DNA of 64,000 bases from Marsupella aquatica (Eukaryota; Plantae; Marchantiophyta): assembly GCA_973895155.1 (NCBI GenBank), contig OZ316898.1:20099292-20163291 (forward strand), given 5' to 3'. The notes under the pieces are model-generated. The model was not told the origin of the DNA. It saw only the letters and a program-made list of their open reading frames with translations, and made no database searches. The translations under genes and the position numbers were made by a program. Positions 24,676 to 38,361 of this stretch are shown here, in pieces; the stretch's first letter is position 1; each line of letters opens with the position of its first letter.

Positions 24676-25935
24676 ATCATCTTTGACGCAACTATATAGA
24701 CCATTGCCAAGGATATTGAAGTTACAACTTGATAATTGTGCCGGAGACAACAAAAACAGATTTATTTTGGCATATTTGTCACTTTTGACAGCGCGAGAAG
24801 TATTCAAGGAAGTTCATTTGGGAATTCTGATGGTTGGACATACCCATGAGGATGTTGACGCAATGTTTGGTAATTTTTTGGAAGCTCTGATGAAACAACC
24901 ATCGTATACTCTCCCTGATTTAATGTTGCTGCTAATGAAATCACGTAGACCAAACCCTATTCCCCATTGTGTACAGGAAGTGCCCAATTTTAAAAGTTAC
25001 TTAACACCTTACATGTTGAAAGGGGGAGATACATTGGTGGGCCATCTAAAACCTCGAGTGTTTCGGCTGTTTGTTCAAGAGGATGGCATGCCTTGTATGC
25101 AATACAAGCTAAAGGCAATGGATCAAGGTTGGCTTCCAAATGGTGGAATCAAAATGTGGTCATAGACGGTCGAGAAACGTCCTAACCTCCCGACTGGAAC
25201 CCCAAAGAGGTTACCCATGACAGAGGTTAAAGTGTTGGAGGAGGTTCGAGAAGGCCTGTTGAAGCAAGTGAACTTTTTTGAATTGATCATGAGGAGAAGC
25301 CACATCATGGAGGAACAAAAAATGAGTTGGGAGCCACTCATTGAATATTCAAATCGAGTGAGAGACACTTTGGGTAGAGAAGTTCAGTATTTGCCGGAAG
25401 ATGGAAATGAGTTGGTACACGGATTTTGGCCTGTATCCAAATGGAGGGAGCATGTTCCATTAGCATACCGCAATGTTGCATGTGAGTTGGATACACAGGT
25501 AGACTATGTGGGGCCTCGGAAGGATAAGCCACGTGAAGTGTTTAACCCGCGGATTGATGTTACAAAAGGTGTTTATGTCATGGTGAGACCAGACACTAAG
25601 GACTTGGAGATTTACCAAATTTATTTGGGAGAAGCAATGAGTGATGTTGAAGAGGGAAGTTTAAATGATCAAAACCAGATTGAGCACATGTGTGATGTGA
25701 GATGGTTTAGACCTGTCATGTCAAAGAAAAGAGGTCAACCATAATGTGAGCAGATAAAAGAAAGATGGCTCGATTGTTGGAGCAAGAAATGGGAATGTGA
25801 TACTGGGTATGAAATGGAGAGAATTAGTGTGAATACTGTGCTATGGTGTTTCAAACTTACCACGGGTTGCTGGAAAGTCTGGTTTGATTTTAATTCCAAA
25901 AAGTCATGTTGGGAAAGCACAAAACAATCTTACTA
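24676..25935 (+). pseudogene. Sola-like (DUF7869-type) DDE transposase, C-terminal fragment
   Basis: LKLQLDNCAGDNKN...LMVGHTHEDVDAMFG motifs. In-frame stops at 25163 and 25742. The 5' part is lost at the LTR insertion. Confidence 0.75.
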
Positions 25936-26387
25936 GATGCATTGAGAACGAGGTACTAGGAAATGGAGAAGAAAATGTAGAATAGATCTGCTTGGATATT
26001 AAAAAAGATTGTTATTGCAAGTAGTTAGTTCAATTAGATTGCTCAAGTATCATTATTATGATACAGTCACTGGTAAATTTAGTTTAATACTTCACAAGTA
26101 AAGCTTGGTGGCAAAGATGATTTCAGGATTATAGTAGGCAGTACAACCAACCATGGATTGTACATATTTCTTTATTTCTAAATAAAGGACCCTCAATACA
26201 ACCACACAAGGTCTCGCTCAAGGTGTGCAATTTGAGATTAAATATTTGAGTACACATGATTTGTTTAATTAATCAATGACTGGGTCAATGACAACACAAG
26301 TGTATGATTGATTTATAGAATATTATTATAGGTTTGGATGGGTCATTATGTATTAAGTTGTATTTAATTGTATTTAATGAAATCCAG

Positions 26388-27669
26388 AAATTATCTAGAA
26401 GTCCAATTTTGTCTAAATTGGGGTTATATGGTCAAAGATGAAAGTGACGAGGCTAAGTGAGAACATGAGAGTCAAAACACTAGAAGGTATGTTTTGCTAT
26501 CAATCATTGTTTTAAATGTATATTTTATACTGAGTGTATTATAATTATAATCCTTCTAGAATTACATTTTCACTTAGTTTTTGAAATGTTAATTTATTTT
26601 AGCACTAATAACTTCTCAATGTTGGAATAAGGAAAATTATACTACTGTATGTATAATTTGCTTCAAAACTTTTGACAACTTTCTTGGATTTTCTTATATA
26701 TATATATATAGGACAAACAGCGCTTGAGCAACAAGGCTTTAGCGATTGGTTATTAGCAATTGGAGAGGGGACTTTGCCAACAGGGCCTGATTTGGGCGAT
26801 GAGGTCATTTGTTTGTCGCATGACTTGATAATGCCAACTGATCATCTTAGTGACCTTATTGTTGAGATCTATGGCTCAGATCCAATGAACTTCAACAATG
26901 TTAACTTTCTAAAAGATAGAGCTATCTTGACAACCACAAACAAAGATGCGGATAAGGTCAATGAGGAGGTGATGGGTGGCTTTCCTGGAGAGGTAAATTC
27001 CTTACCACTAGCAACATTAAGAACTTTAAATGTTGTACTTCAAGGGAAGTACTTTCAATGAAAGTTAGTAACTTTTTTACCATTTTTATTCATGAGTTTT
27101 TGCAGGAACATGAGTTTTTGAGTGCAGATTCAATTTCCAATGAAGCAACTGCTTTCATGTATCCCATAGAGTTCCTCAATACATTGTTGCCATCGTGGTT
27201 ACCTCCACATAAGTTGACCCTTAAGATTGGTGCACCCATCGTGCTTTTGAGAAACATGAATGGGTCAAAAGGACAAGCCAATGACACTCGCTTGATAGTT
27301 CGTGGTTTTGGGCGTCATGTCATAGATGCAGAAATTATCACACGGAAGAACATCGGAGATCGTGTTTTTATTTAATTCACACATTCCCCTCTTATTGCAT
27401 CTGACTCAGGGTTACCATTTGATCTTCGACGATTTCAGTTTCCTATCCGCGCTGCCTTTGGTATGACCATCAATAAGTCTCAAGGTCAAACCTTGGCAAA
27501 GATTGGGATATTTCTGCCAAACCCGGTTTTCTCACATGGTCAATTATATGTGGCATTGTCTAGGGTTCGTGCTCGAAGTGGCATTCGCATTATGATATCA
27601 AGGAATGCTTATCCTGATAAGCATGACCTTTACACAAGGAATGTTGTATACCGTGAGATTTTGAGATGA
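26388..27669 (+). pseudogene. Helitron RepHel/PIF1 helicase C-terminal fragment, 3 exons (~26388-26486, 26712-26992, 27106-27669)
   Basis: LSENMRV, FSDWLLAIGEG, RAILTTTN, LPPHKLTLKIGAPIVLLRN, QFPIRAAFGMTINKSQGQT, VFSHGQLYVALSRV and TRNVVYREIL. GT-AG introns. Stop at 27373. Confidence 0.92.
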
Positions 27670-28502
27670 TTGCATGATGTTGGGAGGGTGCCTATTCATT
27701 CATCTCTTGGTTAGCATGAGCCCGTGCATTGACAAAACAACTTCTCTACTCCGAGCTTCAATAAGCAATTCTTTTGACATTTAACAGGTAAATATTCCTT
27801 CTTCATTCATTTCAATTCAATGCTAACTTGACCCTAGATCTTTCAATGGCATGGACCTTCTTAGTACTTGGAATCCTTTGAAGAGCTTTATATTGCTTAC
27901 TCCACTCTCTCTACATTCCTCATTCTAGATGGGACGTATCGCATTTGATTTCCTCTTATCAATGACCTTCCTTTTGGCTTCTCCTTTTGGGTGTTTGCAG
28001 TGGTTAATTTTGGTTGCTTGGCCGGTTCTACGCTCCAAGCAAATGGTGCACTTTGTGATATTCAAGCAATATATGTGTACTCTACAATGGACTACTTCAT
28101 GGAGACTATCATATGGTATTATTGTTGTTTGTCATATTGACATCTACAAGCCATATAACATACCTTTTGTTCAAATTACTCAAGTGGGGTTTCCCTTTGT
28201 CTTTTCATACACTACTCTTATTACTTTCCTGAGTCCTTTTTTGTCTTTGGCACTTTTTTGTGCTCACCTTTATTGACGTTCAAAGAAAGGGTAGTCGGAG
28301 CTAGTCAATAGAAACATTTGTAGTGAGAAAAGTTGTGAAAGAAAACACAAACGATTTGTAAAGGAATAAACGATGACATTCGAATCAGTTGATTTCGAAC
28401 ACGTCCAAGAGTAGGTTAATTCACACAAGGGTTTTGGCACTGTTAACTGTTACGGGTTTAAGCGATTACGTCAAGTTTTCTCGAAGTGAGAACTTCGTTG
28501 GC

Positions 28503-28670
28503 TAGGGTTTAGTAAGGTCTCGCTTTCTCTCTGCTCTGTAAGAAAGCAGTTTATAGAAGCGGAAGGCTCTGCTGTGTAAGAAAATAGTCGATAGAAGCGG
28601 AAGCCTCTGCTGTATAAGAAAATAGTTGATTGAAGCGGAAGCAGCAGAGAATTTCTGTTTGCTAGGGTTT
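28503..28670 (+). promoter_or_regulatory. RRP45 promoter/5' UTR: two telo-boxes bracketing a 38-bp tandem repeat (3 copies)
   Basis: TAGGGTTT at 28503-28510 and 28663-28670. CTCTGCTGTGTAAGAAAATAGTCGATAGAAGCGGAAGC-like units at 28529, 28567 and 28605. Confidence 0.65.
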
Positions 28671-28915
28671 TTGGTCCTCTCGGGTTCTCTTGCTGTGGTA
28701 GAAAAGTGGTCATCGAATTGGGCTGAGCACGGGACCATTGGAGGCATCGTCGTGGTGTGATCGGGAGGAAGGACGGGAGAGAGTGTGAACCCACCGTGGA
28801 CTAAAGGATTTTCTGGGAGCATTGTTAGAGTGACTCTCAACATTGCTCGAAATAGTTTTCGCATTAAATTGAATGCGCTCAAGGGAATTGGATTCGTTGG
28901 TTTGGGCTCGGAGCA

Positions 28916-31900
28916 ATGAATTCCAGTGGATTTCGAATCAGCGTGAACGAGAAAGAGTTTATATACGAGGCATTGCGTGCTGAGCAGCGCGTTGATGGTC
29001 GTCGCCCCTTTGATGTTCGTCGACTCTCCATTACCTTTTCCAAGTATGTGTCCTTTTGTCGAGACTTTGCATTATTGCTGTTTGAAGTGGTTTCGCGGGA
29101 TGGTTTAGTTGCGGGAAGGGAAGGTTCTTTGAGCCGAATATCTGCCGCCGGCCTTTTCTCGACCTTCTCATATTTGCTGCAGGACTTTTAATCCCTTTGA
29201 TAAGTCTGGGGCTAAAAATTATGCTAATTGGGCATTGGACATCCGTGATCTTTTCGAACGTACTTGCATTTGCTCACTGCTCGTTGGTTGAGGAGATTCT
29301 TGTTCATTGAGAGAACATTTGGGATTTTAGATCTTACGTTCTGCGAAAGGTTAGCATAATTGCATTATAGGGTCAGTTCAAAAATTAGGAGGAAGCATTA
29401 ATCGTGTGTAAGAATGACTTATTTGATGGCTTGGTAATGTATGACGTTAGTGTGGTGCATTCGTATTCTTAACCAATTATTCTAGTCTTGTATCCTCATG
29501 GTGTAAGGTGCACCCGGCAGCTTTACAGCACTTCCCTTCAGAGTTGAAGAGATACCGATGCATTACCTCTATCTTAGCCACGTAGAGTTGAGGATGGCTT
29601 TCGGAGATGTCGGCGTCATATTTGTAACTTTCAAGGCACTGAGGTCTGCTTGTTTAGCGTGCAGACAGGATGGTTCAGTCGAAGTTTTACAAGGACAAAC
29701 GAGGGTATTGGCAGTGGTGACAGGCCAGCTTGCGCCACCCTATCCAGACCGTCCCACTGAGGGTTCACTTGTCATCTTCACAGAGTTCTCCCCCATGGCT
29801 GACCCCTCATTTGAACCTGGTCGTCCCGGAGAAATGGCAATAGAGTTGGGCCGAATCATCGATCGTGGGTTACGGTATGTCATGCTAGCCTTCCTCGGAT
29901 AACAGTGACATGAATGGTGGTGTAAGTTTTTTGTGAAGGTGGTATCCGCAATTCCTGAGCTAGGTCCTCACATGCGTTCAAGTTCTCCTTTGATCTCGTC
30001 TCCCTGGGGTCCGTTCTGTCTAGGGTGCCTCGATTGTTCCTGCCCCTGCACGTCAGGTTGCACCGGTTTCGTGAATCGGACGATAAATGTTTGTTGTGCT
30101 TTGATAATATTGTGAGGGCAGTATTCTTGACAGCACAGGTACACGAGCTTGTGAATTCTAGAAATATGCCGTTTGCTGGGGAACTAACTGTCCTATTTTG
30201 GGAGATCTACAGAGAAAGCAGGGCAATCGATACGGAATCCCTATGTGTCTTGGCTGGTCAAAAAGTGTGGGCCATTCGTGTAGACATCCACATTCTGGAC
30301 AATGGCGGGTAAGTGTTTTCCCCCATGAGGGTGATCACATTTCTGCTTCATGTGCTGGTTTTAAGATTCTGATTTAAGCTAGCAACTCACATCTCTTTAC
30401 TGAAAAGATACGAAGAGTCTACAATTCAATTAAATCATGGTATCTGGTGGGAATTTTCTCTTTTGTCTCGTGCTATTTGTGTTCAGATATTTTCCTTATC
30501 AGTCCGTAAATCGCGTGGGGTTCCCGTTAGTGCAGAAATCTGGTGGATGTAGCAAACATTGCAGCACTAGCAGCTCTACATTCCTACCGTCGGCCTGAAT
30601 GTACTGTTGGAGGACATAATGGACAGGAGGTTATTGTCCACCCACCTGAGGTGACCTATTTCCCTTGGCTCTCCTTTCTTGGCTTGGCCGGACAGATTCA
30701 AATTTGGTTTGGGTGGTCATACTGCTATCATTTGGTGACAGGATACTTTCTCGAATTCATAAAACCTTCACATTTGTGTGGTTTCGTTGCAAATTGCGGT
30801 CAGCCTTTGCACACTGAGGTTTGTACCAGGCCTTTTGCAGACTTTCTATGATACGTGTCTTACCTTGAAAGGCTGGCTAATGCCAGATCTTTTGGGGGGT
30901 TTTATTGGTAGGTTTATTAACAGGACAGGTTCAATTGGACGATAACAATGGCAGGTCCGAGAACCGGTTCCACTTATCATACATCACTTACCGATTGCAG
31001 TCACATTTGCGTTTTTCAAAGGGGATCTTCAGGTTTGCAACTCATATCTTTCACCTTCAACTTATTTTTTGAGATCTTCATGACTTCCAATCGCTCTTCT
31101 TTAGATGTTAAGTGCCATCTACGTCCAGGTTAAGAGGAGTTCAGTTGTGAGTCTCACTGCATGCACTTGAAAATGTGGTTCTCGAGCTCTCGTTTGCTAG
31201 ATAAGTTGCCCATGATTTCCGTTGTGGCCATGTCGGCCATCATGTCAAGAATTCATCGTCACTTATCTTTTGAAATATTTTTATGAGGTTTTCCCAGGTA
31301 GTCGATCCAAGCCTAAAGGAAGAGGCTGTCATGGGGGGGAGATTAACGGTGACAGTAAATGCTCAAGGAGATATATGTGCGATTCAGAAGGGTGGTGGCA
31401 TCGGAGTGTCTGCTTCTGAAATAATGCGTTGTATACGGATTGCTTCTTCCAAGGCATCTGAAATCACAAACCAAATTAAGAAAGAGGTATGAAATGTCCA
31501 ATTGGACGCTGCAAATCGCTATGTGCTGTCTGTTACGCAAGATGCCGTGGTAGCCGTAAAAGTAGCAGATTCCGAACTGATTCTGTCATTAAGGTTTGCC
31601 CCACCACTGCCCCTTCCAAGATCGACGATAACGGTTGTCCTGATTTCTTGATTTGTGGGCTGTAGTTAGAAGCAAATGCTTTGGAGCGAACTACAAGGAA
31701 AATCAAGCGGCATTCTACCTTGACTTTCAAGGATGTGACAATTAGACAAGATTTAGTACGGGGAGATACAGAGGTGGAGGAGGTATTTGGATCATCTGTT
31801 ATGCAAGCGGAGCAGAGAGATGCAATGATGGAGATAATCAAAGAAGAAGAGATGATAGAGTCAACCAGTAGTGAAAGTGAGGATGAGGTCGAAGAAGGAG

Positions 31901-32770
31901 ATTTATCAGATGGGGTGAACGAGAAGAAGCAGAAGTTAGAAGGAGATCGAATCTTACGCATTGCTTCAGTAAGGAATGGTGTGAAGGACAGCAAGCCTCA
32001 AACTTATAGAAAGGCCGGATTATTTGAAGGCGGCCCATCTTTCTGGTAAGCAATTTGCTTTTAAATTTGATCCAGGGAATCAATTGAGTGTCATGCAAAC
32101 ATGATAGAGTCCATGCTAGATATGGCATAAGTTTGTCAAGAAGATAGCCTTGTGCTTCCCTCAAATTTTGTGAACCTAAGTGCTGGAAACTGGTGCATGC
32201 CAGAGGCTTACAAGTCCATTTTTCTGCAGGGACAACGATGAGGACATGGCAGTCTCTACACAAGGTTCAGTGACAGCTTCAAACGCGACTACTAAAAAAC
32301 CGTTTGGTAGGCCTCGAAACTGAAGTCGCTTTACGTTTGTCTTCTTCATATCTTCATGTCCTTTATTTGCTTTAGGACTTTTGCCTGGACAACTAATTAT
32401 CCTGAGAGTCCAGCAGCCATGTGATCCTCGTCGTTCCTTGGTTTTGGCAGATTCTAATGCGCTAGCCGAGTTCAACACTGTTGCAGATGTGATCTCGAAG
32501 GCTGCTGTCAAGTCAAGAAGGGTTACCGCTGATGGGTCCCTTGAGTCGACGTCTGTTGCTACAATGTCTGCAGCTGCAGTGTACGCCAAGATGCCTCGAC
32601 AAACGGCTGACATTTCAAAACCTGTAGGACCTGTCGTTCCCCATACGGATGACATGACTGTTGAGGACAAGGGCCTCCTATTCTTGAGCTCTGGTCCTGA
32701 ACTCAACCCTGCTCCCACAAGCTTACTAGATGCCGTAAAAAGAAAGAGAAAGGAAAGCAAGAAACGATAG
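28916..32770 (+). CDS. RRP45: Exosome complex component RRP45 (RNase PH-like; EXOSC9/CER7 family), 530 aa. Exons 28916-29043, 29665-29874, 30213-30308, 30536-30650, 30955-31032, 31298-31486, 31666-32045, 32230-32306, 32451-32770
   Basis: RVDGRRPFDVR, PYPDRPTEGSLVIFTEFSPMADPSFEPGRPG, ESRAIDTESLCVLAG, DNGGNLVD, HHLPIAVTF, DPSLKEEAVMGG, ICAIQKGGG and the C-terminal LLDAVKRKRK. All introns are GT-AG with consistent phases, and the exons sum to 1593 nt. Confidence 0.96.
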
Positions 32771-34409
32771 TCGCCGGTTGTTCCGTCCTCATATCGGCAT
32801 TGTCAAATTTTTGGTTTGGGGATCAATACCCCTTTATCTTCTAACACATTTATGTACCATCCTTGCCTTCTTCAATTAGAGGTGTGTTTGTGATGAGAAA
32901 AACAATTCACGGTTTTCTGACACTTGTCCCTAATGTATTACAAGTAAATTGTAGTTCATCGCATGAAAGTTATGTGTACTTTGATTCCACCCTTGACAGA
33001 ACAGAACACCCAGAGTTGTTTTCGCAAAATGATCGCCAGGAGTACGAATCTGGATGGTTCTTCTGGTGTCTTGACTGGTTTGGCCACAGCCTACTCCCCG
33101 AGATATTTGGTTTGCCTTTCCGTTAGGATTTCGAAGTCCCAAGCCTGGGGAACCTTGGAATGCCGAGCTCACAGGGAATACGTTTCAATGCATGCAACGA
33201 TATCTGGGGGCCAAAACACTACAAACGTGGGAATTCTTCGCGCGCGTTTTCTGGCTATTGGATGCAAAGCATCTTGGCTGAAGGTGCAGCCCAGGTCCGG
33301 ACGAAGGCGGAAATTTTGGGCTGGAAAACTAGTGGATCCAGGAGGAAACTGTGTAGGGAATCTTTGGGCTGAATGGGGATTAAGGGCTGTAACCCCCTTG
33401 GGCTAACCCTCCGTGTGAATCTTCCAGAGTTATGCTTAGGAGGAGTGTTGCTCTTGATCCATCCTAGAGAGATTAAAATCAAGAAATCTATCTTGGGGTA
33501 AGACTGTCAAGAGGGTTATTAGTCAACGAAAATAAGAAAAAAAACCCCAAGAAAAATAACCACTCACGTAACCTTCCATGAAAATACAACGAAAACTCAC
33601 AAGAGGATTTGACGAGAAAATTTCCTCTCCCACAACTTTCATTGTCTGGCACAGTACTGTACCAATACAACGTTGGACCAGAGTGCTCTAACATGGAGCA
33701 GGTTACACAAACTTAAAGTCTTTTCGAGCATATAGGCTCTTTTTAGCATCTAGCCTCTTTTCGAGCATCTAGGCCCTTCAAACTAGATGCTCTTCACACT
33801 GGCATCTTTTAATATACTCACTGTGGACCAGCTTCACTTGTTAGGGTTTTCCCATCACTTTAAAGGTTTTTTCCTTTCCTGCCCAGGGTGGCGAATGTCA
33901 CCTTGTGTGAAAGGAGCACCTGCAAGGAAGATTCCTTGCCCAATATTCCTGGATAGCTTCAAGGAGCAGCTGGCTAGGAGTATTACGCGTCTGATCTTCT
34001 TAGATTAATTTCTTACCGCCTGATCTCCTCTAGATTTAAAGATAACAGTCCGATTTTGGCGTGGCTAGGTGCAAAACTGGCTAAGAGCACTCCCGCGGAT
34101 GCCCAGTAAACTGACTTGCCATTGCCTAAAGTGGGGAGTCTGTTTTGATGCTTGCGACCCACTGTGTTTCCACCCTCTGTAGTATAGTCCACGGGTTCTG
34201 CGCCACAGGTAACCCTGGAATACCACTCTTCCAGTACGATACAGTAGCCCAACGTCAAGCCAGGAGACTGTTGTCTCACCAACTTTGAAATTGGGTGGAT
34301 TGGGGCCCAAAATGGAGCACAAATAAAGTACAGTAGCTAATTGTCGGCAAAAGTGGGTAGTTGTAACATGCCAGAAAACAATAGAAATTTTACTCGCATG
34401 AGCAAAGAT

Positions 34410-34640
34410 TTTACTCACATGACCCTTAATTTTTCTATATGCAATTGTCTTGCTTACAGTAACCTGGTTGATAACATCCATTTTGGGGACTCCTCTTTTT
34501 GCTAGCAATCTGGAATCATAAAAATAACACAAAAATTAGAAAAGGCAACAAAAAGCAAAAGAAATTTAAACCCACAAGTGTTTCACTTACAATACTCCCC
34601 TCGCTAACAAAATTTCTGTTTGCTTACATTAGGCAAAAGT
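34410..34640. repeat. Dispersed AT-rich repeat, related copy at ~40575-40770
   Basis: Shared collinear blocks TTTTCTATAT...GTTGATAACAT...AAGAAATTTAAA...CTAACAAAATT.CTGTT.GCT.ACATTA. Confidence 0.55.
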
Positions 34641-36867
34641 GACGAGTACTTTTAGTTAACAGAGGTGGAATCTTAGCGAATTTTTGCCACTTGAAAAACG
34701 GGTGCTGTGGACCCAGGGAAGGGCAGGTGGTTGATCACCAGTCAATCCTGACGACAGATTCGCGGCCCCATTGGAAGGGAAACTCCTGGTACACCAAAAA
34801 GTCCCCGGTATTTGCTAAGCCGCCTACATTCTCCCACTTGGCGTTTCCTCTCACAATTTGCGTGTGCACATCTTCAACCTTCCTCTTTCAGATCAACCTG
34901 TAGGTGATCGCAAGTGAAGGAGCACTTCTGCGAAGTCACGTGTTGCCTAACACTGGCATTCGTGAGATTGCACTTCATCTTTGTTCGTTTAAATTCCATT
35001 TGGCCCGAAGAAATGGTGTTGGTGTTCGTTCTGGAAACGTCTCGCTGTTCATTTGTGATACCAAACAGTAAATTGCCAGCATGGTCTGCCTCGAGTCACT
35101 TTCAATTTTGTGATCATTTTGTCTGGAAGAGTATTCTCAATCGCACGGCTTGTTCAAGAATCAAGTACGGAATCATGAAATTCGCTCAAGCATGAAGATT
35201 GATCGGGATTATTTCTAAAGAAGAGTTTTGTTCGACCAAATCCTGAAGAGAAATTCTCTTTGACAATTCTTCAATAGAGAAGTTCGTTTCGAGCTACTGT
35301 ACTGTTGTTTTCTGACCTTTGGTGGGTTCTTCAGGTCCTACGAAACAGACCGGTTTATCAGTCTGGAGTAAAGTAGTGAGTTGTAACCTTGAGTAGAGAA
35401 CTTCTACAGTGGATTTCATCTCCATCGTGGGTTTTTCCTCCCCACCCAGGGCATCCACCTCCCTGCCGGACGGCTACAGTAATGAAATGAATAATGGATT
35501 TCAGGTCCTGGACGAAAAATGGGGATGGAGTAAGGGTCCCAACTATTCACAGCTAGATTTTCTTTAGTCCCGCTTGAAAGAAGAAAGACTCCATCAGTCC
35601 TGAGCAAGTAAAATGTATAATTCCCTGCAATCCCCCCTCGTCTCCCGACCTCTAGTTCATGGGTACCTCCGAGCCATCGGCAAAGCTCTTTCACTCGTTC
35701 CCAATCTTGTAGGGCCTAGCCGTTAGAGCCGAGCTCGACCATGACATATTCTTCGTTGCAACATGTAAGCCTCTCACCGCCCAGAATTTTTGAGGCTGGG
35801 AGGTCCACATGCGGCCTTTCTCTTACTCAAGAGCAGCACATATCAGGAAACTGACAGAATTCGGCGAATGTGGTGAGTGTGCTGAGTAACGATTTAGACA
35901 ATATTGAGCTTCGATGTTTGCACCAGTTCTAAATGATCTTTCCAAGACTTTGGTGCAGCGGCCGTGAGTTTTCAACTGATACTAACATAGCAGATGCGGT
36001 TGAGACAAAGGCCAAAATGGGGATCATGGCTTTTGAGATTTCAATTCTTGGAACCATATATGATCACCACTCGAATTTTGCTGAATGTAAGCAGCGTCTT
36101 GATTCCCCTACCACGGAGGGCTCGAATGGTGACCTTGTTTAGTGGCCCTGCTGTTAATCACACATCAAAATGTGGCTGCATTCATTGATTGATTGAAAGA
36201 AAAAAACTAGGCTTATCATGGTATACAGGGTGCCATACATAGTATATTTCATATTTTGATGTCCCCTTTAGTGGTATTCGGGATCTTTGAAAGTGAAATC
36301 AACATTATGTAAGTGAAGAAAACAGAGTAAGATTTAGCTTTTGACATTGCTTTGTGGCCTCAGGCTGATCTGTTTGGGGATCAAAATAGAAATTTGGTCG
36401 CCTTCCTGTAGGACAGCAAGGCAAGCTTTGTTCTTACCTGAGAACCGCAAATCTGACTCCAAGAATAATATGTTGCACTATGCTGTCCATCAGCATAGAC
36501 TGGGCAACAAAGTTTTTGCTACTATAATACCCTATCCTGCCAAAAGTGGAAAGTGGATGTTGTCAGATTACAAATACCACTTTTGGAGGGAAGATCCCAT
36601 GACCCTTGGATTTATAAGCCCTTTCATCCTAGCCTTTCATTTGTCAAAAATAATATCTCTAACCCAAGCAAGACAAAGTATTTTGGTATGCACAAAGATT
36701 CTCTAAGAAGGGGGCATATGACATAGGGCTTTATGTGAAGGTCATGTGTTGCCATTGGAATGGGGGCACTTGGGACACCATTATGAGGGGATAGGGGCTT
36801 GGAGACATAAAGGTCAAAATAGGGAGGGGAATTAATGACACACCCATGGGTGAAGGGATGAATAGTA

Positions 36868-37661
36868 TCATACCCTCACATAAGTACAAGATAGGGGATG
36901 AGACAAAGTGGAACAAAGGAACGTGAAAATAAAGATAATAATAATAAGGCAATAAGAGGAAAAAAGGAGGAGAAAAGGCTTTTCATTGCATTTTTTTGAA
37001 GGAGGGGTCGGGGAAGGGGGGAAGGGGGGAGAAGGGAGAGGCAGCCCAAGAGAAAGGGGGAGAGGAGACAATCGGGGAGGCAATGAAGAGGAGGGGGTTG
37101 TCACCCTCCACCTAGGGTTGTGTATATGGGCATGCTTATGTTGTCCTCACCTATCTCCCATATTGCTTTTGCAACAATATCTTTTTCACATCTTGTCTCC
37201 TCCATCAACATCTTTTCCTAACCTCAACATCATTTTCTTGCTTTGACATCTTTTCTCCCCTCCGTATCTTTTCTCCCCTCAACTTTTTTTGCCCTCAACA
37301 TCATTTTGTCTCCTCGATATTTTTTCTCACCTCAAAATTTTATCTTTTTCTCATCTCACCATCTTTTTCTCACCTTGACATCATTTTCTCACCTTGCCAT
37401 CTTTTATCTCATCTCACCATCTTTTTCTCACCTTGACATCTTTATCTCATCACGAATTCTTTTTCTCTCCTCAACGTATTTTCTCACCTCGACTTCTTTT
37501 ATCTCATCTTCCCATTGTTTTCTCATCTTGACATCTTTACTCATCACAAAATATTTTTCTCTTCTCGACATATTTTCCTCGCCTTAACATCTTTAATTAT
37601 TCACCTTGACTTCTTTTCCTCACCTCGACATCTTTTGTGCAACGCACAGGCATGGGGCTAG
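36868..37661 (+). mobile_element. Non-autonomous Helitron with an internal pyrimidine-rich minisatellite
   Basis: 3' hairpin TGTGC-AAC-GCACA, then CTAG|T at 37658-37662. Degenerate CTCACCTTGACATCTTTT array at ~37190-37635. The 5' A|TC at 36868 is tentative. Confidence 0.7.
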
Positions 37662-38032
37662 TGAACTTCATAACACCACAATTTGATTACTAAGAAAGTT
37701 TGAATGATCCAAAATGGTAAGCTCAAAGCCTTTGTGTAGATAGACAACCTTGTGGACCAGAAGGACCTTGTCCACAAGAACATCACAGACAACAGATCTG
37801 TAAATGCTGTATGTTCCCATTTTTCTGCAACACATCTCATCACCAGTTTGAAATCATTCCAAAGACCCAGGAGCTCCGGCCCGAGTTGGCCATGATGGGC
37901 ATATTGGGAGTTTCGACCCCATCATCCTGTCACCCGGTTGCCCGGTCCTCTACCCACCCAGCCTGCCCCTGCCCCGACCTGGCCATGACCGCGGCCCTAG
38001 CCCTAGCCCTGGCCTGGCCTTGACCTCAAACC

Positions 38033-38361
38033 TGTTGAGCATTGACGACATTCATATCGGCATGCCCATAACCATCCAACGATCAAGTAGTTGTCATAGA
38101 GAGATACGTGGTTCACCTCCTCATGATGAGATTACGTCTACAGGAACACACAAGAACTTTATTGCACTCTAGGTTGACCAGCCATATCAAACATCCACAT
38201 CACAAGCTCTCCCTATCTCTTAACTGACTCCGTAACAATGAGCCTGAGTTCCCCCTATCCAAGCAAACACTGTTTTGGGTATAGTGTGTGCACAACATGA
38301 CTAACCTAACCTAGTTTGCCCTAACTGCAGTACAATCATACTTCTAGACCTAATCGTAACA
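38033..38361 (-). mobile_element. Solo LTR related to the Tork-type copia LTR at 59649-60091
   Basis: TG...CA termini and a degenerate TSD (AAACC/GAACC). Shares TGTTGAGCAT.GACGAC, AACCATCCAACG, GAGATACGTGGTTCACCTCC and AAGCTCTCCCTATCTCT with 59649-59900. Confidence 0.85.

Noticed and set aside
28270-28305. 3' end of the helicase-bearing Helitron at CTAG|T (28301-28305)
   Set aside because: There is no convincing hairpin upstream, so the boundary is left unassigned.
31666-32770. Long acidic/basic C-terminal extension of RRP45 as a novelty
   Set aside because: Such tails ending in a basic NLS are normal for RRP45B/EXOSC9-type proteins.
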